Assembly: GCA_036489815.1 (NCBI GenBank)
Contig: DASXFB010000107.1
Location: 60,073-124,072, forward strand
Reading direction: 5' to 3'
DNA length: 64,000 nucleotides
Source: Terracidiphilus sp.
Lineage (GTDB): Bacteria > Acidobacteriota > Terriglobia > Terriglobales > Acidobacteriaceae
The notes below the pieces were generated by a model. The model saw only the letters and a list, made by a program, of their open reading frames with translations, searched no databases and was not told the origin of the DNA. Both the position numbers and the translations under genes were made by a program. This document shows, in pieces, positions 12,321 to 22,990 of this stretch (positions within the stretch are counted from its first letter, which is position 1; each line of letters starts with the position of its first letter).

Positions 12321-13838
12321 TCATTTGGGAAGCTGCGTTACATCCCACCCGCCGCCGAGTGCCAAAATCAGCTGCACACTGGCAGCAAACTGGCGCGTCT
12401 GCAGGTCGGTGTCTGTGCGCTGGTTCGCAAGCAGCGTGTTCTCCGCCTCCAGGACCTCCAGATAGCTCGTCGCGCCGCCCTTGAATCGCTGGTTCGAGAG
12501 GTCGAGCGAGTGCTGGGCCGCGGTCACGGCCCGTCGCTCCACCACCGATTCCTGCCCGAGAACGCGCAGGTCAGAGAGCTTGTCCTCAACTTCGTTGAAA
12601 GCGCCGAGCACGGTGGCCTTGTAACTATCGGCCTGCGCTTCGTAGTTGTGACGGGCCTGGTCGGTCAAGGCGTGGCGCTGGCCGGCGTCAAACAGCAATT
12701 CACCCGCCTGCGCGCCCAGTGACCAGAGCGAACTCGGGCCTTGTATCCAGGTGCCGATGCTGGTGCTTTCAAATCCGCCGGAACCGCCCAGGTTAATGGT
12801 GGGGTAGAAGGCGCTGACGGCAATGCCGATCTGGGCATTGGCGGCGTCCACGCGGCGCTCAGCGGCGGCGATATCGGGCCGGCGCTCGATGAGCTGCGAC
12901 GGCAGGCCCAGCGGAATCTGCGGCAGGGCCAGATCCAGCGGGGCCGCTTGCAGGGTCAGCTTGCCCGCCTCCTGGTTGATGAGCGTCGCGATCGCGTGCT
13001 CATACTCGGCGCGCGCCTCGTCGATATCCACGAGCTGCGCGCGCGTGGTCTCAAGTTGCGTGAGTGCCTGGGCGACTGTCACCTCGGTCGTCAGGCCGCC
13101 GGTGAGCAATCGCTGGTTCAAATTGAGCTGATGTTCGTAATCGGCCACCGTGGTCTGCAGCAGGCGGCTCTGCGAATCCAGCCCGCGCAATTCGAAGTAG
13201 TCCTGCGCCAGCTCCGCGTGCAGGCTGAGATCCACGTTGGCCATGTCGGCGGCGCTGGCCTGCGCATTGGCGCGCGCCTGCTCCACTGTGCGCCGAATGC
13301 GGCCCCAGAAATCCGGAGCCCAGCTCGCCTGGCCGCCAAGATCGAAATCGGAGCCGGTGGTCGCCGACCCCGTCACAGCCAACGGCCGGTTTGCCGAAAC
13401 CCGGCTGCGGCTCGCCGATCCGCTCGCAGACAAGGTGGGAAAGAAGTTGGCGCGGGCCACGGCCACCTGATCGCGTGCGGAGAGATAGGTTTCGAGCGCG
13501 GCGCGCAACGTCATATTGGCGGGAACGATCTGCTCTTCGAGTCGATTCAGCCCGGGGTCCTGGTAGATCTCCCACCATTTGCCCTTGAGCATGCCATCGG
13601 AGGGATCTGCCGGGTGCCAACTGCCTCCCCGGGGATTCGGCGGCGGCGCGGTCACGGTCGCCGCGCCGGTCTCCTTGTATACGTCGGGCGCGGTGGAGGC
13701 AGGCCGGCTGTAGTTGGGGCCGACTGCCTTGCAGCCGGTGAGCGCGGCGAGAGCGAAAACTGAAGCCATGACGATCCCCGCCCCGGCGACGGAAAGAAAT
13801 CGCAACGACGGAGATGCTTTGGGCTGCAGACGCCTCAC
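12321..13838 (-). CDS. RND efflux outer membrane lipoprotein (NodT/OprM family)
   Basis: Lipobox LTGC, VGPNY, WWEIYQDPGL, RRPDIAAAER, C-terminal ALGGGW. Confidence 0.93.
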   Translation of the reverse strand: MRRLQPKASPSLRFLSVAGAGIVMASVFALAALTGCKAVGPNYSRPASTAPDVYKETGAATVTAPPPNPRGGSWHPADPSDGMLKGKWWEIYQDPGLNRLEEQIVPANMTLRAALETYLSARDQVAVARANFFPTLSASGSASRSRVSANRPLAVTGSATTGSDFDLGGQASWAPDFWGRIRRTVEQARANAQASAADMANVDLSLHAELAQDYFELRGLDSQSRLLQTTVADYEHQLNLNQRLLTGGLTTEVTVAQALTQLETTRAQLVDIDEARAEYEHAIATLINQEAGKLTLQAAPLDLALPQIPLGLPSQLIERRPDIAAAERRVDAANAQIGIAVSAFYPTINLGGSGGFESTSIGTWIQGPSSLWSLGAQAGELLFDAGQRHALTDQARHNYEAQADSYKATVLGAFNEVEDKLSDLRVLGQESVVERRAVTAAQHSLDLSNQRFKGGATSYLEVLEAENTLLANQRTDTDLQTRQFAASVQLILALGGGWDVTQLPK

Positions 13839-15097
13839 TAGAAGCCCCCTCGATTGGACTGGGCGCCTGGTTTCTCCACTGTCACTTTTTCTCCCTCGAT
13901 AAGCGAGTCCGGCGGATCCTGGATCACCTGATCATCCCTGTTCAAGCCGCTCACCACCTGCGCGGTTGCACCGTCGTCCACGCCGATGACGATGGGAACC
14001 AAGTGCGCGACGGTGCCGCGGCTCGTGTCGGCCACGGTGCCCACCTCTAATCCTTCCTTGCGGAAGATCAGCGCCGCCGTCGGCACAATATAGGTGGCGC
14101 CCACGGGCGGGGTTTTGAAGTGCACCTGAGCCAGCGCACCCGGCAGCAGCTCGCCGTTGCGGTTCGGAACGTCCACCTCCACCAGCAGCGTCCGGCTTAC
14201 CGGATCGATGGAATCGGCGGTGCGCACCAGCGTGCCTGTATAGGTTTTGCCCGGATGCTCGGGAAAGGTGAGCGCCACTTTCATACCGCGTTTGATGCTC
14301 CGCGAATAAAGCTGCGGCAGGTTGGTGTAGACGCGGAGGGTCTGAAGCGCCTGCATATGGAAGAGCTCCGCGCCCGCGCCCTGGTTGATCAACTGTCCCA
14401 CGTCGACATTGCGCGCCGTCACCACGCCATCGAAGGGCGCATAGATCTTTTCGAAGCTCTGCAGTTCCTTCAACCGCTGCACATTGGCCTCCGCCGATTT
14501 GGCGGCCGATGAAGTCGATGCGGCCTGAGTGACAAACGTGTCGGTATCCAGCCGGGAGACCGCGTTCGAATCCACCAGGCCCTTGTAGCGATCTGCCTGT
14601 ACCTTGGCGTTGCCGGCATTGGTCTGAGCCGTCACCAGGTCGGCTTCAGCCTGCGCCAGCTGCTGGTCCAACTCGGGCGTGGAGATCACTGCCAGCAGGT
14701 CTCCCTTCTTCACGTGGGCGCCGATGTCGTAATACCAGCGCGTCAGGTAGCCGTCGGTGCGCGCGTAGAGCGGCGCATCGGTGTAGGCGGTCACATTGCC
14801 CGGCAGGACGAATTCATCTTCGGGAGCACCCGCCCGCGCAGGCGCGACCTCCACGGTGGGCGCAGCCATCTCCTGTGTATCGCGGGCCAGCACCGTATCG
14901 GCGTGGTGCCGGCTCAGGATGCCGATCGCCGCCAGCGCGATCGCTATCAACACCAGGACCCCTGCGCCGGCGAGAGCCTTGCGTGGTGAAAGGGGCTCCT
15001 GAGTGGGCGCGTTTCCGTTCGCTTCAGGGGCATGGGCGCCCTGGCGCGCGGCCGCATCCGGATGCTGTGGCTGGTTCGGATTGGGCTTGTCGGTCAT
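13838..15097 (-). CDS. RND efflux periplasmic adaptor (MFP)
   Basis: N-terminal TM, ARTDGYL, IYAPFDGVVTARNVDVG, IDPVSRTLLVEV. Confidence 0.93.
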   Translation of the reverse strand: MTDKPNPNQPQHPDAAARQGAHAPEANGNAPTQEPLSPRKALAGAGVLVLIAIALAAIGILSRHHADTVLARDTQEMAAPTVEVAPARAGAPEDEFVLPGNVTAYTDAPLYARTDGYLTRWYYDIGAHVKKGDLLAVISTPELDQQLAQAEADLVTAQTNAGNAKVQADRYKGLVDSNAVSRLDTDTFVTQAASTSSAAKSAEANVQRLKELQSFEKIYAPFDGVVTARNVDVGQLINQGAGAELFHMQALQTLRVYTNLPQLYSRSIKRGMKVALTFPEHPGKTYTGTLVRTADSIDPVSRTLLVEVDVPNRNGELLPGALAQVHFKTPPVGATYIVPTAALIFRKEGLEVGTVADTSRGTVAHLVPIVIGVDDGATAQVVSGLNRDDQVIQDPPDSLIEGEKVTVEKPGAQSNRGGF

Positions 15098-15103
15098 GAG
15101 AGG

Positions 15104-18100
15104 CTACTCCACATTTTCATCGAATTCATCAAAACTCGCCGCGTTCGGCTGAAGCGGGGCCGCCTTGCGCCGCCGCTCCAGCCGTCCGTGCACTACCGAG
15201 AAAAATACCGGAACAAAAAACAGCGTCGCGGCCGTGGCCAGCAGCAGGCCACCGATGACCGCGCGGCCGAGAGGAGCATTCTGCTCGCCGCCCTCGCCGA
15301 GGCCGAGCGCCATCGGCACCATGCCGATGATCATCGCCAGCGCCGTCATGATGACCGGCCGCAGCCGCACAAAGCCGGCGTTCAGCGCGGCCTGGCGCGC
15401 ATCGCCCACCAGGACCTCCAACTGCTCGCGCGCGAAGCTGATTACCAGGATGGAGTTGGCCGTCGCCACCCCCATGCACATGATGGCTCCCGTGAGCGCA
15501 GGCACGCTTAAACGCGTGTTGGTCAGGAAAAGGAGCCAGACGATTCCGGCCAGAGCCGCCGGCAGGGCCGAGATGATCAGGAACGGGTCAAGCCAGGACT
15601 GAAAGTTCACCACGATCAGCAGATACACCAGCAGGATGGAAAAGGCCAGTCCGCTGAGCAGCCCAATATAGGACTTGTTCATGGTCTGGCTCTGCCCGCG
15701 CAGGATGAAATGTGAGCCGCGCGGCAGATCCTTCTGATGCTCCTTGACGATTCTTGCCATGGCCCGGGTCACGGAACCGAGGTCTGTGCCCACCACATTG
15801 GCATAGATGTCGATCACCGGCTCGATATCGTAGTGGCTCACCGTGCCGGGCCCCTCTCCCGGCTTGACCTGGGCCAGATTCGCCAGCACGGTTATCGGCT
15901 TGGCCGAACCGGGGGCAGTGGTCACAGCCGCGCCCGCCGAGGGCGCAGCCGCAGAGCCCGGCGCAAGCGCCGGCGCGTCTCCGGCCGGCTCCTGGATGGC
16001 GGCGCTCCCGGTGACGGGCAGGCTGTTCAGGGAGGCCATCGTATCCATCCGGTACTGCGGCGCCTGGACTGCGATGTTATAGGTGACGCCGTTGCGTGGA
16101 TCGAGATAAAAGTTTGGGCTCGTCTGGAAGCTGCCGCTCAACGCCACCAGCAGGCTTTGCGTCACATTCTGCTGGGTAAGGCCGAGCTCCTGGGCCCGCG
16201 TGCGGTCGACGTCCACCGTCATATTCGGGTCGTTGAAGGGCTGCTGAATGCGCGCATCCGCCACGCCGGTCTGGTAGCGCACCTCGTCCAGCATCTTTTC
16301 AGCCAGTTCGCGATCCCCATCGAGATTCGGCCCCACGATCTGAATGTCGATGGGCGCGGCCAGGCCGAAGTTCAAAATCTGCGTCACGATGTCGACCGGC
16401 AGCTCATAGAAGGTCACGCCGGGATAATCGCGGGCCAGCACCCGGCGCAGCGTGTTCACGTAGGCTTCCGTGGGGTGATGCTTCGCGGCTAGCTGCACCT
16501 GGATATCGGCATCGGCCGGCCCGACAGGCGCGGACGTGGAGTAGGAAAGGTTCAGTGACGAGTAGGGAAGCCCGATGTTGTCGATAATCGTTACGAGTTC
16601 GCCGGCTGGAATCTGCTCGCGAATTGTCTGATCGATGTGATCGCAGAGCGCGGCGGTCTCCTCAATGCGGGTTCCGGTGTGCGCGCGCACGTGAATCTTG
16701 AACTGCCCGGCGTCCACCTGGGGAAAGAAGTCCTGACCGAGAAACGGCGTGAGGCAGAGACTGGCCAGGGCGAAGGCAAGAAAGAGCAGCATGAACACGC
16801 CGGCGTGATCCACGCATAAGGTGAGCACCCGCAGATAATTGCGGCGCAACCGCTCGAACCGGTGCTCAAAGCCAAATTGAAACCGCAGCAGCGGATTGCG
16901 GCTCTTCTTCCGGCGCGCCACCTCGGCCTCGTCGTGCTCCTTGAGCAGATAGCGCGCCATGGTAGGCACCACGGTACGCGAAAGCAGATAACTGGCCAGC
17001 ATGGCGAAGACAACCGCCTCCGCCAACGGCACAAACAGGTAGCGCGCCACGCCGCTGAGCAGAAACATCGGCACGAAGACGATGCAAATGGAGAGCGTCG
17101 AGACGAGGGCGGGAGTGGCGATCTGTGCTGCGCCGTCGAGTATGGCCTGCTCGATCTCCTTGCCTTCTTCCAGATTGCGGTTGATGTTCTCGATCTCCAC
17201 GGTCGCGTCATCGACCAGGATGCCGACGGCCAGCGCCAGGCCGCCAAGCGTCATGATGTTGATGGTTTCGCCGAGCGCGTAAAGAGCGCAGAGCGAGCAT
17301 AGGATCGAGAGCGGAATCGACACCGCGATGATCAGCGTCGAGCGCCAGCTTCCCAGAAAGATCAGGATCATCACGGCGGTCAGGCAGGCCGCCACTAGGG
17401 CTTCGCGCACCACCCCGCTGATAGCGCCGCGTACGAAGATCGATTGATCCGAGACCGGGCTGATGCGCAGGTTCGGAGGCAGCTCGCCCTTGATATAGGC
17501 CACCTTGTCGCGCACTCCCTTGATGATGTCCAGCGTCGACGCGGAGCCGGTTTTGAGAATGTTCATCAGCGCGGCGCGGCTTCCGTTCACGCGCACGATG
17601 TTGGTCTGCGGCGGGTTGCCGTCGCGCACATGGGCCACATCGTGGATGTAGACGACGGTGCCGTTTACCGCCTTGATCGGCATGTTGTTGAGCGCTTCCA
17701 GGGCCTGCGGGGCTGAATTCGTCTCGACCTGATACTCAAAACGATCGAGCTTGATGCTGCCGGAGGGCGCTATGACGTTCTGGCTGTCGATCGCGTTCAC
17801 TACGTCGGCCGGCGACAGTCCCCGGGCCTGGAGGGCCTTGGGGTCCAGGTCCACCTCGATCTGCCGCTGCTTGCCGCCGTAGGGAAACGGAGTCTGCGCG
17901 CCTTCGATCGTAGCCAGTTGAATGCGGATGGTATTGGTGGCCAGATCGTTCAGTTGCTGTTCGTCCAAACCCTGCCCGGAGAGCCCCAACTGCAGCACCG
18001 GCACGCTCGATGCGTTGTACTGAATAATGAAGGGAGGCACGGTGCCGGCCGGCAACTGGCGCAACTCCACCTGGCTGATGGCCGTGACTTCGGCCACCGC

Positions 18101-18412
18101 CTCGCCGATGTTCACATGCGGCTGGAAGAAGATCTTGATGACGCCCACACCCACCAGCGACTGCGATTCAATGTGCTCGATATCGTTGACGGTGGTGGTA
18201 ATGCCGCGCTCGGCAGGAGCCACGATGCGCTCGGCCATCTCTTCCGGGGGAAGACCGGTGTAATTCCAGACAATCGTTACCACGGGAATATCGATGTTCG
18301 GAAAGATATCCGTCGGCATCGATGTAATGCAGAACGCGCCAAGGATCAAAATCAGGAACGCAAAGACGACAAAGGTATAAGGCCGCCGCAGCGCAAGCCG
18401 GACAATCCACAT
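15104..18412 (-). CDS. RND efflux permease (AcrB/AcrD/AcrF family)
   Basis: MWIVRLALRRPYT start, GILVDDATVEIENI, RLRPVIMTALAM, APLGRAVIGGL. Confidence 0.95.
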   Translation of the reverse strand: MWIVRLALRRPYTFVVFAFLILILGAFCITSMPTDIFPNIDIPVVTIVWNYTGLPPEEMAERIVAPAERGITTTVNDIEHIESQSLVGVGVIKIFFQPHVNIGEAVAEVTAISQVELRQLPAGTVPPFIIQYNASSVPVLQLGLSGQGLDEQQLNDLATNTIRIQLATIEGAQTPFPYGGKQRQIEVDLDPKALQARGLSPADVVNAIDSQNVIAPSGSIKLDRFEYQVETNSAPQALEALNNMPIKAVNGTVVYIHDVAHVRDGNPPQTNIVRVNGSRAALMNILKTGSASTLDIIKGVRDKVAYIKGELPPNLRISPVSDQSIFVRGAISGVVREALVAACLTAVMILIFLGSWRSTLIIAVSIPLSILCSLCALYALGETINIMTLGGLALAVGILVDDATVEIENINRNLEEGKEIEQAILDGAAQIATPALVSTLSICIVFVPMFLLSGVARYLFVPLAEAVVFAMLASYLLSRTVVPTMARYLLKEHDEAEVARRKKSRNPLLRFQFGFEHRFERLRRNYLRVLTLCVDHAGVFMLLFLAFALASLCLTPFLGQDFFPQVDAGQFKIHVRAHTGTRIEETAALCDHIDQTIREQIPAGELVTIIDNIGLPYSSLNLSYSTSAPVGPADADIQVQLAAKHHPTEAYVNTLRRVLARDYPGVTFYELPVDIVTQILNFGLAAPIDIQIVGPNLDGDRELAEKMLDEVRYQTGVADARIQQPFNDPNMTVDVDRTRAQELGLTQQNVTQSLLVALSGSFQTSPNFYLDPRNGVTYNIAVQAPQYRMDTMASLNSLPVTGSAAIQEPAGDAPALAPGSAAAPSAGAAVTTAPGSAKPITVLANLAQVKPGEGPGTVSHYDIEPVIDIYANVVGTDLGSVTRAMARIVKEHQKDLPRGSHFILRGQSQTMNKSYIGLLSGLAFSILLVYLLIVVNFQSWLDPFLIISALPAALAGIVWLLFLTNTRLSVPALTGAIMCMGVATANSILVISFAREQLEVLVGDARQAALNAGFVRLRPVIMTALAMIIGMVPMALGLGEGGEQNAPLGRAVIGGLLLATAATLFFVPVFFSVVHGRLERRRKAAPLQPNAASFDEFDENVE

Positions 18413-18737
18413 CATAAGGCTGGTACTCACTCCTGGGCCGGCGTCCGGGTGATGCTGCTGGGCGCGACCGGGATACCCTCACCCGACTACCTTGCTGTGG
18501 GGATCGGCCACTCTCCCGGCCCTGCTTGCGTCGGCTCGTGGGTTCGGGGAACCGGATTCGGTTTCAACGGAAATCCGGCTCGCAATGCCGTCGAATCTAC
18601 TATCGTAGTCGAAAGACGGAGAGGAATACTGATGCAGAAAGAGTCACTTCCACAGTTGTGAGACGTTCCCTCTCCTTCAAAGGATACATTTTCACCCGCC
18701 GCCATCCCGGCATGTGAGCCGGATGGAGACGTTTTTT

Positions 18738-19247
18738 TTAATGCTCGTCCAGCAGCCGTTCGATCGCGGGGACCAGTTTCTCCGGGCGCATGGAGGGCGC
18801 ATAACGCGCGGCCACCTCGCCGGATCGGCGAACAAGAAACTTGGTGAAATTCCAAGTCACCCGGCCTCGCGTGAAGAGGCCCAGGGTCCCAGGCCGCTCC
18901 CTCTTGAGGAACCCGTAGAGCGGATGGGTGTCTCTGCCGTTCACGTCAATCCGGGCAAACATCGGAAAACTGACACCATACTGAGTGGAGCAGAAGTGGG
19001 CGATCTCCTCCGCCGTGCCCGGCTCCTGGCGCCCGAACTGGTTCGAAGGGAAGCCAAGCACCTGCAGGCCGCGCTCGCGGTATTGGCGATAGAGCGCTTC
19101 GAGCCCCGCGTACTGCGGTGTGAAGCCACAGCGGCTGGCGGTATTGACGATCAGCAGTACCTGCCCCCGAAACTCGGCGAGGCTGATCGCCTGCCCATTC
19201 AGCCGAATCGCGGAGAAGCCGTAGATCGATCGGGACTGTTCGACCAT
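18738..19247 (-). CDS. glutathione peroxidase family protein (Cys-type)
   Basis: VNTASRCGFTPQY, LGFPSNQFG.QEPG, WNFTKFLV; start could be 19265. Confidence 0.93.
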   Translation of the reverse strand: MVEQSRSIYGFSAIRLNGQAISLAEFRGQVLLIVNTASRCGFTPQYAGLEALYRQYRERGLQVLGFPSNQFGRQEPGTAEEIAHFCSTQYGVSFPMFARIDVNGRDTHPLYGFLKRERPGTLGLFTRGRVTWNFTKFLVRRSGEVAARYAPSMRPEKLVPAIERLLDEH

Positions 19248-19739
19248 CGCTTTTTGCTGTCCCATCCTGGTCTGACCCTGGGCCCCGGCCCTAGTTTGAA
19301 ATCCTCGCCGCTACCCGGTGTCCTGTTGGGTCCATGCACGTCTAAGGAGAATACTGCGAACTCGGCAGAGATGCACAGGCGCTCAACCCGCCTCGTTCCG
19401 GTAGACTGTGGAATGGGTATCCATCACAGGCCGCCCTGCGACAGCTTTTTGCCGCAGCGACGACCAGCCCAGAGAGCACCCGGCGCCGTGGGCCGCTGGC
19501 GATCCCGGGTCCCATCCCCAGTCCGAAGGCGGCAGGCGCGGCAGGGAATTTTGGGAAAGTGACGGTGTCCGCGCCGACAGCAACTCACCGGTTTGGGTGG
19601 GGTCGCCGGAGTCAAATATAATCATCTTTCCTCGATGCAGGATGAGATTTTGAGCAGTGAGGGTGTGCAAATTCTTCTCGTGAAGCTGAACCATGGACCG
19701 CACCAGTGCCATTTGTGCTCGCCGCAGGGCTGCTGCCCG

Positions 19740-22634
19740 GTGAAGATCAAGCACACATCCATTGCCCGTGCCGCTCGCGTCTTTTCCCGCTTGCTGGTGC
19801 TGGCCCTTCTGGCCGTTACCGCCGGCGCCGCGCTGGCGCAGGCCCCCCAGACCATTACGCAGATCCGGGTTATCGGGAACCGCCGCATTCCAAGAGAGAC
19901 CATCCTCGCCCGGTTGTTTACCCATGTGGGCGACGTCTACGATCCCATTTCGATCGAGCGCGATTTTAACTCGCTGTGGAACACCGGCTACTTCGAGGAC
20001 CTGCGCATCGAGCGCGAGGAGACCGAAAAAGGCATCATCCTCGACATCTTTGTCCGCGAAAAACCCTCGATCCGCGAGATCAATTACAAGGGCCTCAACT
20101 CCATCACGCAGTCCGATATTCTGGATCGCTTCAAAAAGGAGAAGGTTCCCCTCACCGTCGACAGCCAGTACGATCCCACCAAGATCAAGCAGGCTGAGAC
20201 CGTGATCAAGGAGATGGAGGCGGAGCACGGCCACCAGTTCGCCACCATCAAGACCGACGTCAAGACCATTCCGCCGGCCTCCGTGCAGGTGAACTTCAAT
20301 ATCAAGGAAGGCCCGGTAGTGAAGGTGGGCAAGATCAAGTTCACCGGCAATACCCACCTGAGCGCGCTCTACCTGCGCCGGTCGATGAAGAACCTCAAGC
20401 CGATAGGCATTCCATACTCCATCATCTTTGAGGATCTGTTTCCGCAGACTTACGATTCTTCCAAGCTCGAAGAAGATACGGAGCGCGTCCGCCAGGCCTA
20501 TCGCGACAAGGGCTATGCCAATGCCGCCGTCGAGACGCCGCAGACGCAGATTCGCGACCAGGGTGGCCTGAACTGGTTCACCTTTCGGCCGAACAAGGGC
20601 AAGCGCATCGACATTCTGTTGCCTATCGAAGAGGGCGGCCGCTACCGCCTGGGCACGATTACCTTCACCGGCAACAAGCAGATCCAGAATCTCAAGGCCC
20701 TCCGCGCCACCTTCCCGATCAAGGACGGTGACTGGTTCAGCGCCACCCTGGTCGCCAAGGGTCTCGACAACCTGAAGAAGGCCTATGGCAGCCTGGGTTA
20801 TATCAACTTTGGCGCCATCCCCAAGCTGAGCTACGACGAACAGAAAAAGACCGTCTCCATGAACATCGACATCGACGAGGGCAAGCAGTTCTATGTCTCG
20901 CGCATCGAGTTTCAGGGCAATACCATCACGCGCGACCGCGTGATTCGCCGCGAACTGCTGCTCGACGAAGGTTCGGTGTACAACTCCCAGCTCTGGGAGT
21001 ACAGCCTTCTCCGCCTCAACCAGCTCGAGTACTTCGATCCGCTCAAGGTCGACCAGGACTCCGAAGCTCACCAGGACCCGGATAACGGCACGGTCGAGCT
21101 GCTGTTGAAAGTGAAGGAAAAGGGCAAGAACTCGATCGGCATGAACGGCGGCGTCAGCGGACTTTCGGGCGCCTTCATCGGCCTCAATTACCAGACCAAC
21201 AACTTCCTCGGTCTGGGCGAGACGCTGAGCGTGCAGGCCAACCTGGGCTCGATCAGCCGCCAGTTCCTCTTTGGCTTTACGCAGCCTTACATCAAGAACC
21301 GGCCCATCAACGTCGGGTTCCAGATCTTCAACCAGAAGCAGGATTACAACGCGGCCAAGAACTATCAGGCCACCACCGGCGCCTCCGTCAACCTGTCCGC
21401 CGCGGAGAAGTCGCTGACGCAGAATTACAACACCGATTCGGATGGCATGAATTTCTCGGTCAGCTATCCGCTGAAGCGGCACGCCTTCCAGCGGGTGGGC
21501 TTCACCTATTCGTGGACCCGCTCGAATATCACCGCCTTCAGCACCGCGTCGCAGACCTTCTTCCAGACCATCTCGTTCCGCTCGGGAATCCAGGGCTCGA
21601 ACTCGCTGGCCGGCATCATCAACAGCTATATCTCGCTCAGCTACGCCTACAACACCGTGGGCGATCCGCTGAAGCCCCACTCGGGCAAGGAGTATACGGC
21701 CGCGCTGCAGGTGTCGGGCCTGTGGGGCAATGTCCGTTACATTGAGCCGCTGGTGGCGGCCACGCGCTTCATCCCGATGCACTATCTCATCCCCTCCGCC
21801 AGCGGGCGCAACGTGCTGGGCCTGCGTGCGCAGTTGGGGTATGTGGTGGGATTCGGCGGCGATGTGGCTCCGCCCAATAACCGTTTCTACTCCGGCGGCG
21901 AAAACGAGCTGCGCGGCTTCGACGTGCGCGGCGCGACGCCTTACGGCTACGTGCCCACCCGGGTCAACTTCCAGCTCACCAATCCGGACGGAAGCTGCGT
22001 TCCCCGCGATTCCACCAATCCGCAGGACAACCAGTGCATCCAGGTGCCGCTGCCGGTTTATGGCGTGGCCTCTATCGGCGGCGATACCAATCTGACCACG
22101 AATGCCGAGTACCGCATTCCCATAGCCGGACCGTTCACCTTCAAGCTGTTCAACGACTTCGGCATTGATGTCGCCACCAACAAGAACCAGTTGAAGCAAA
22201 GCCCCCAGGGTTTCGCCTCGCTGACAGCGCCGCTCTATGGCTGCCCGGTGTACAACAACGGTTCCTGCCAGGGCGGCATCCCGGGCTCCAAGGTGGGCTT
22301 CCAGCGGAATATCCGCACCATCACCGGCACCAACTTCGTTCCGCGCATGTCCACGGGCGCCGAGCTCTCGGTGATCATGCCCATCGTGAACGCGCCCTTC
22401 CGCCTCTACTACGCCTATAACCCGCTGCGCCTCTTCGAGACGCCGTTTTGCAACGACGTGCTGGTCGGCGGCAAACAGGGAAGCTGCTCGGCGGAGCTCA
22501 TAACCCGCGACCTGTTCCCGCCCGGCGGCGCAGGCGATTACACCTATCAGGAAGCCATTCAGTCGTACGGATCGCGCTATATCTTCCGCGAACCCCGCAA
22601 GACCTTCCGGCTGACGATCTCCACTACTTTCTGA
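19740..22634 (+). CDS. bamA: outer membrane protein assembly factor BamA
   Basis: Signal peptide, five POTRA-like repeats, NNFLGLGE barrel start, LRGF motif, C-terminal Phe; GTG start at 19740 is inferred. Confidence 0.95.
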   Translation: MKIKHTSIARAARVFSRLLVLALLAVTAGAALAQAPQTITQIRVIGNRRIPRETILARLFTHVGDVYDPISIERDFNSLWNTGYFEDLRIEREETEKGIILDIFVREKPSIREINYKGLNSITQSDILDRFKKEKVPLTVDSQYDPTKIKQAETVIKEMEAEHGHQFATIKTDVKTIPPASVQVNFNIKEGPVVKVGKIKFTGNTHLSALYLRRSMKNLKPIGIPYSIIFEDLFPQTYDSSKLEEDTERVRQAYRDKGYANAAVETPQTQIRDQGGLNWFTFRPNKGKRIDILLPIEEGGRYRLGTITFTGNKQIQNLKALRATFPIKDGDWFSATLVAKGLDNLKKAYGSLGYINFGAIPKLSYDEQKKTVSMNIDIDEGKQFYVSRIEFQGNTITRDRVIRRELLLDEGSVYNSQLWEYSLLRLNQLEYFDPLKVDQDSEAHQDPDNGTVELLLKVKEKGKNSIGMNGGVSGLSGAFIGLNYQTNNFLGLGETLSVQANLGSISRQFLFGFTQPYIKNRPINVGFQIFNQKQDYNAAKNYQATTGASVNLSAAEKSLTQNYNTDSDGMNFSVSYPLKRHAFQRVGFTYSWTRSNITAFSTASQTFFQTISFRSGIQGSNSLAGIINSYISLSYAYNTVGDPLKPHSGKEYTAALQVSGLWGNVRYIEPLVAATRFIPMHYLIPSASGRNVLGLRAQLGYVVGFGGDVAPPNNRFYSGGENELRGFDVRGATPYGYVPTRVNFQLTNPDGSCVPRDSTNPQDNQCIQVPLPVYGVASIGGDTNLTTNAEYRIPIAGPFTFKLFNDFGIDVATNKNQLKQSPQGFASLTAPLYGCPVYNNGSCQGGIPGSKVGFQRNIRTITGTNFVPRMSTGAELSVIMPIVNAPFRLYYAYNPLRLFETPFCNDVLVGGKQGSCSAELITRDLFPPGGAGDYTYQEAIQSYGSRYIFREPRKTFRLTISTTF

Positions 22635-22694
22635 GCACGAGGAGGATCTGATGCAGAACTCGTGCTTTAGAACTCGATTGTGAGCTCCATTCTG

Positions 22695-22730
22695 GAAGGG
22701 CCGCCTGCCTCTTGGAGCGGCCCTTTTTTC
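22695..22730 (+). terminator. intrinsic terminator after bamA
   Basis: GAAGGGCCGC..GCGGCCCTT stem followed by a T run. Confidence 0.75.
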
Positions 22731-22773
22731 TCCCCCGGTCTTCGCGGGCTTGCACTCCGCCCGGCCGATCGAG

Positions 22774-22800
22774 TGCCGTATAATCACGGTGTAGTTCCTG
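22774..22800 (+). promoter_or_regulatory. putative -10 region of skp copy 1
   Basis: TGCCGTATAATC..TAGTTCCTG, repeated upstream of skp copy 2. Confidence 0.55.
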
Positions 22801-22990
22801 GCGATTTTTCCGGTCGCCTTGTCAGGCCTCTCTTGCAGGCCAGCCTTCAGGATGGTTGGCGAAAGTTCAGCGCGAGGGGTACTCGCAGTTCGCATGCAAT
22901 GCGAATGGCTGAGGTGAGACGAGGGCCGAAAGCCGCGAGCAATCCCTTTGCCGCAACCGGCAGGAAGTTCGAAGGAGTTGTCGAATCCGC

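Noticed and set aside
19266-19739. Possible structured ncRNA upstream of bamA
   Set aside because: GC-rich, but no recognisable RNA family motif; an Rfam/Infernal search would be needed
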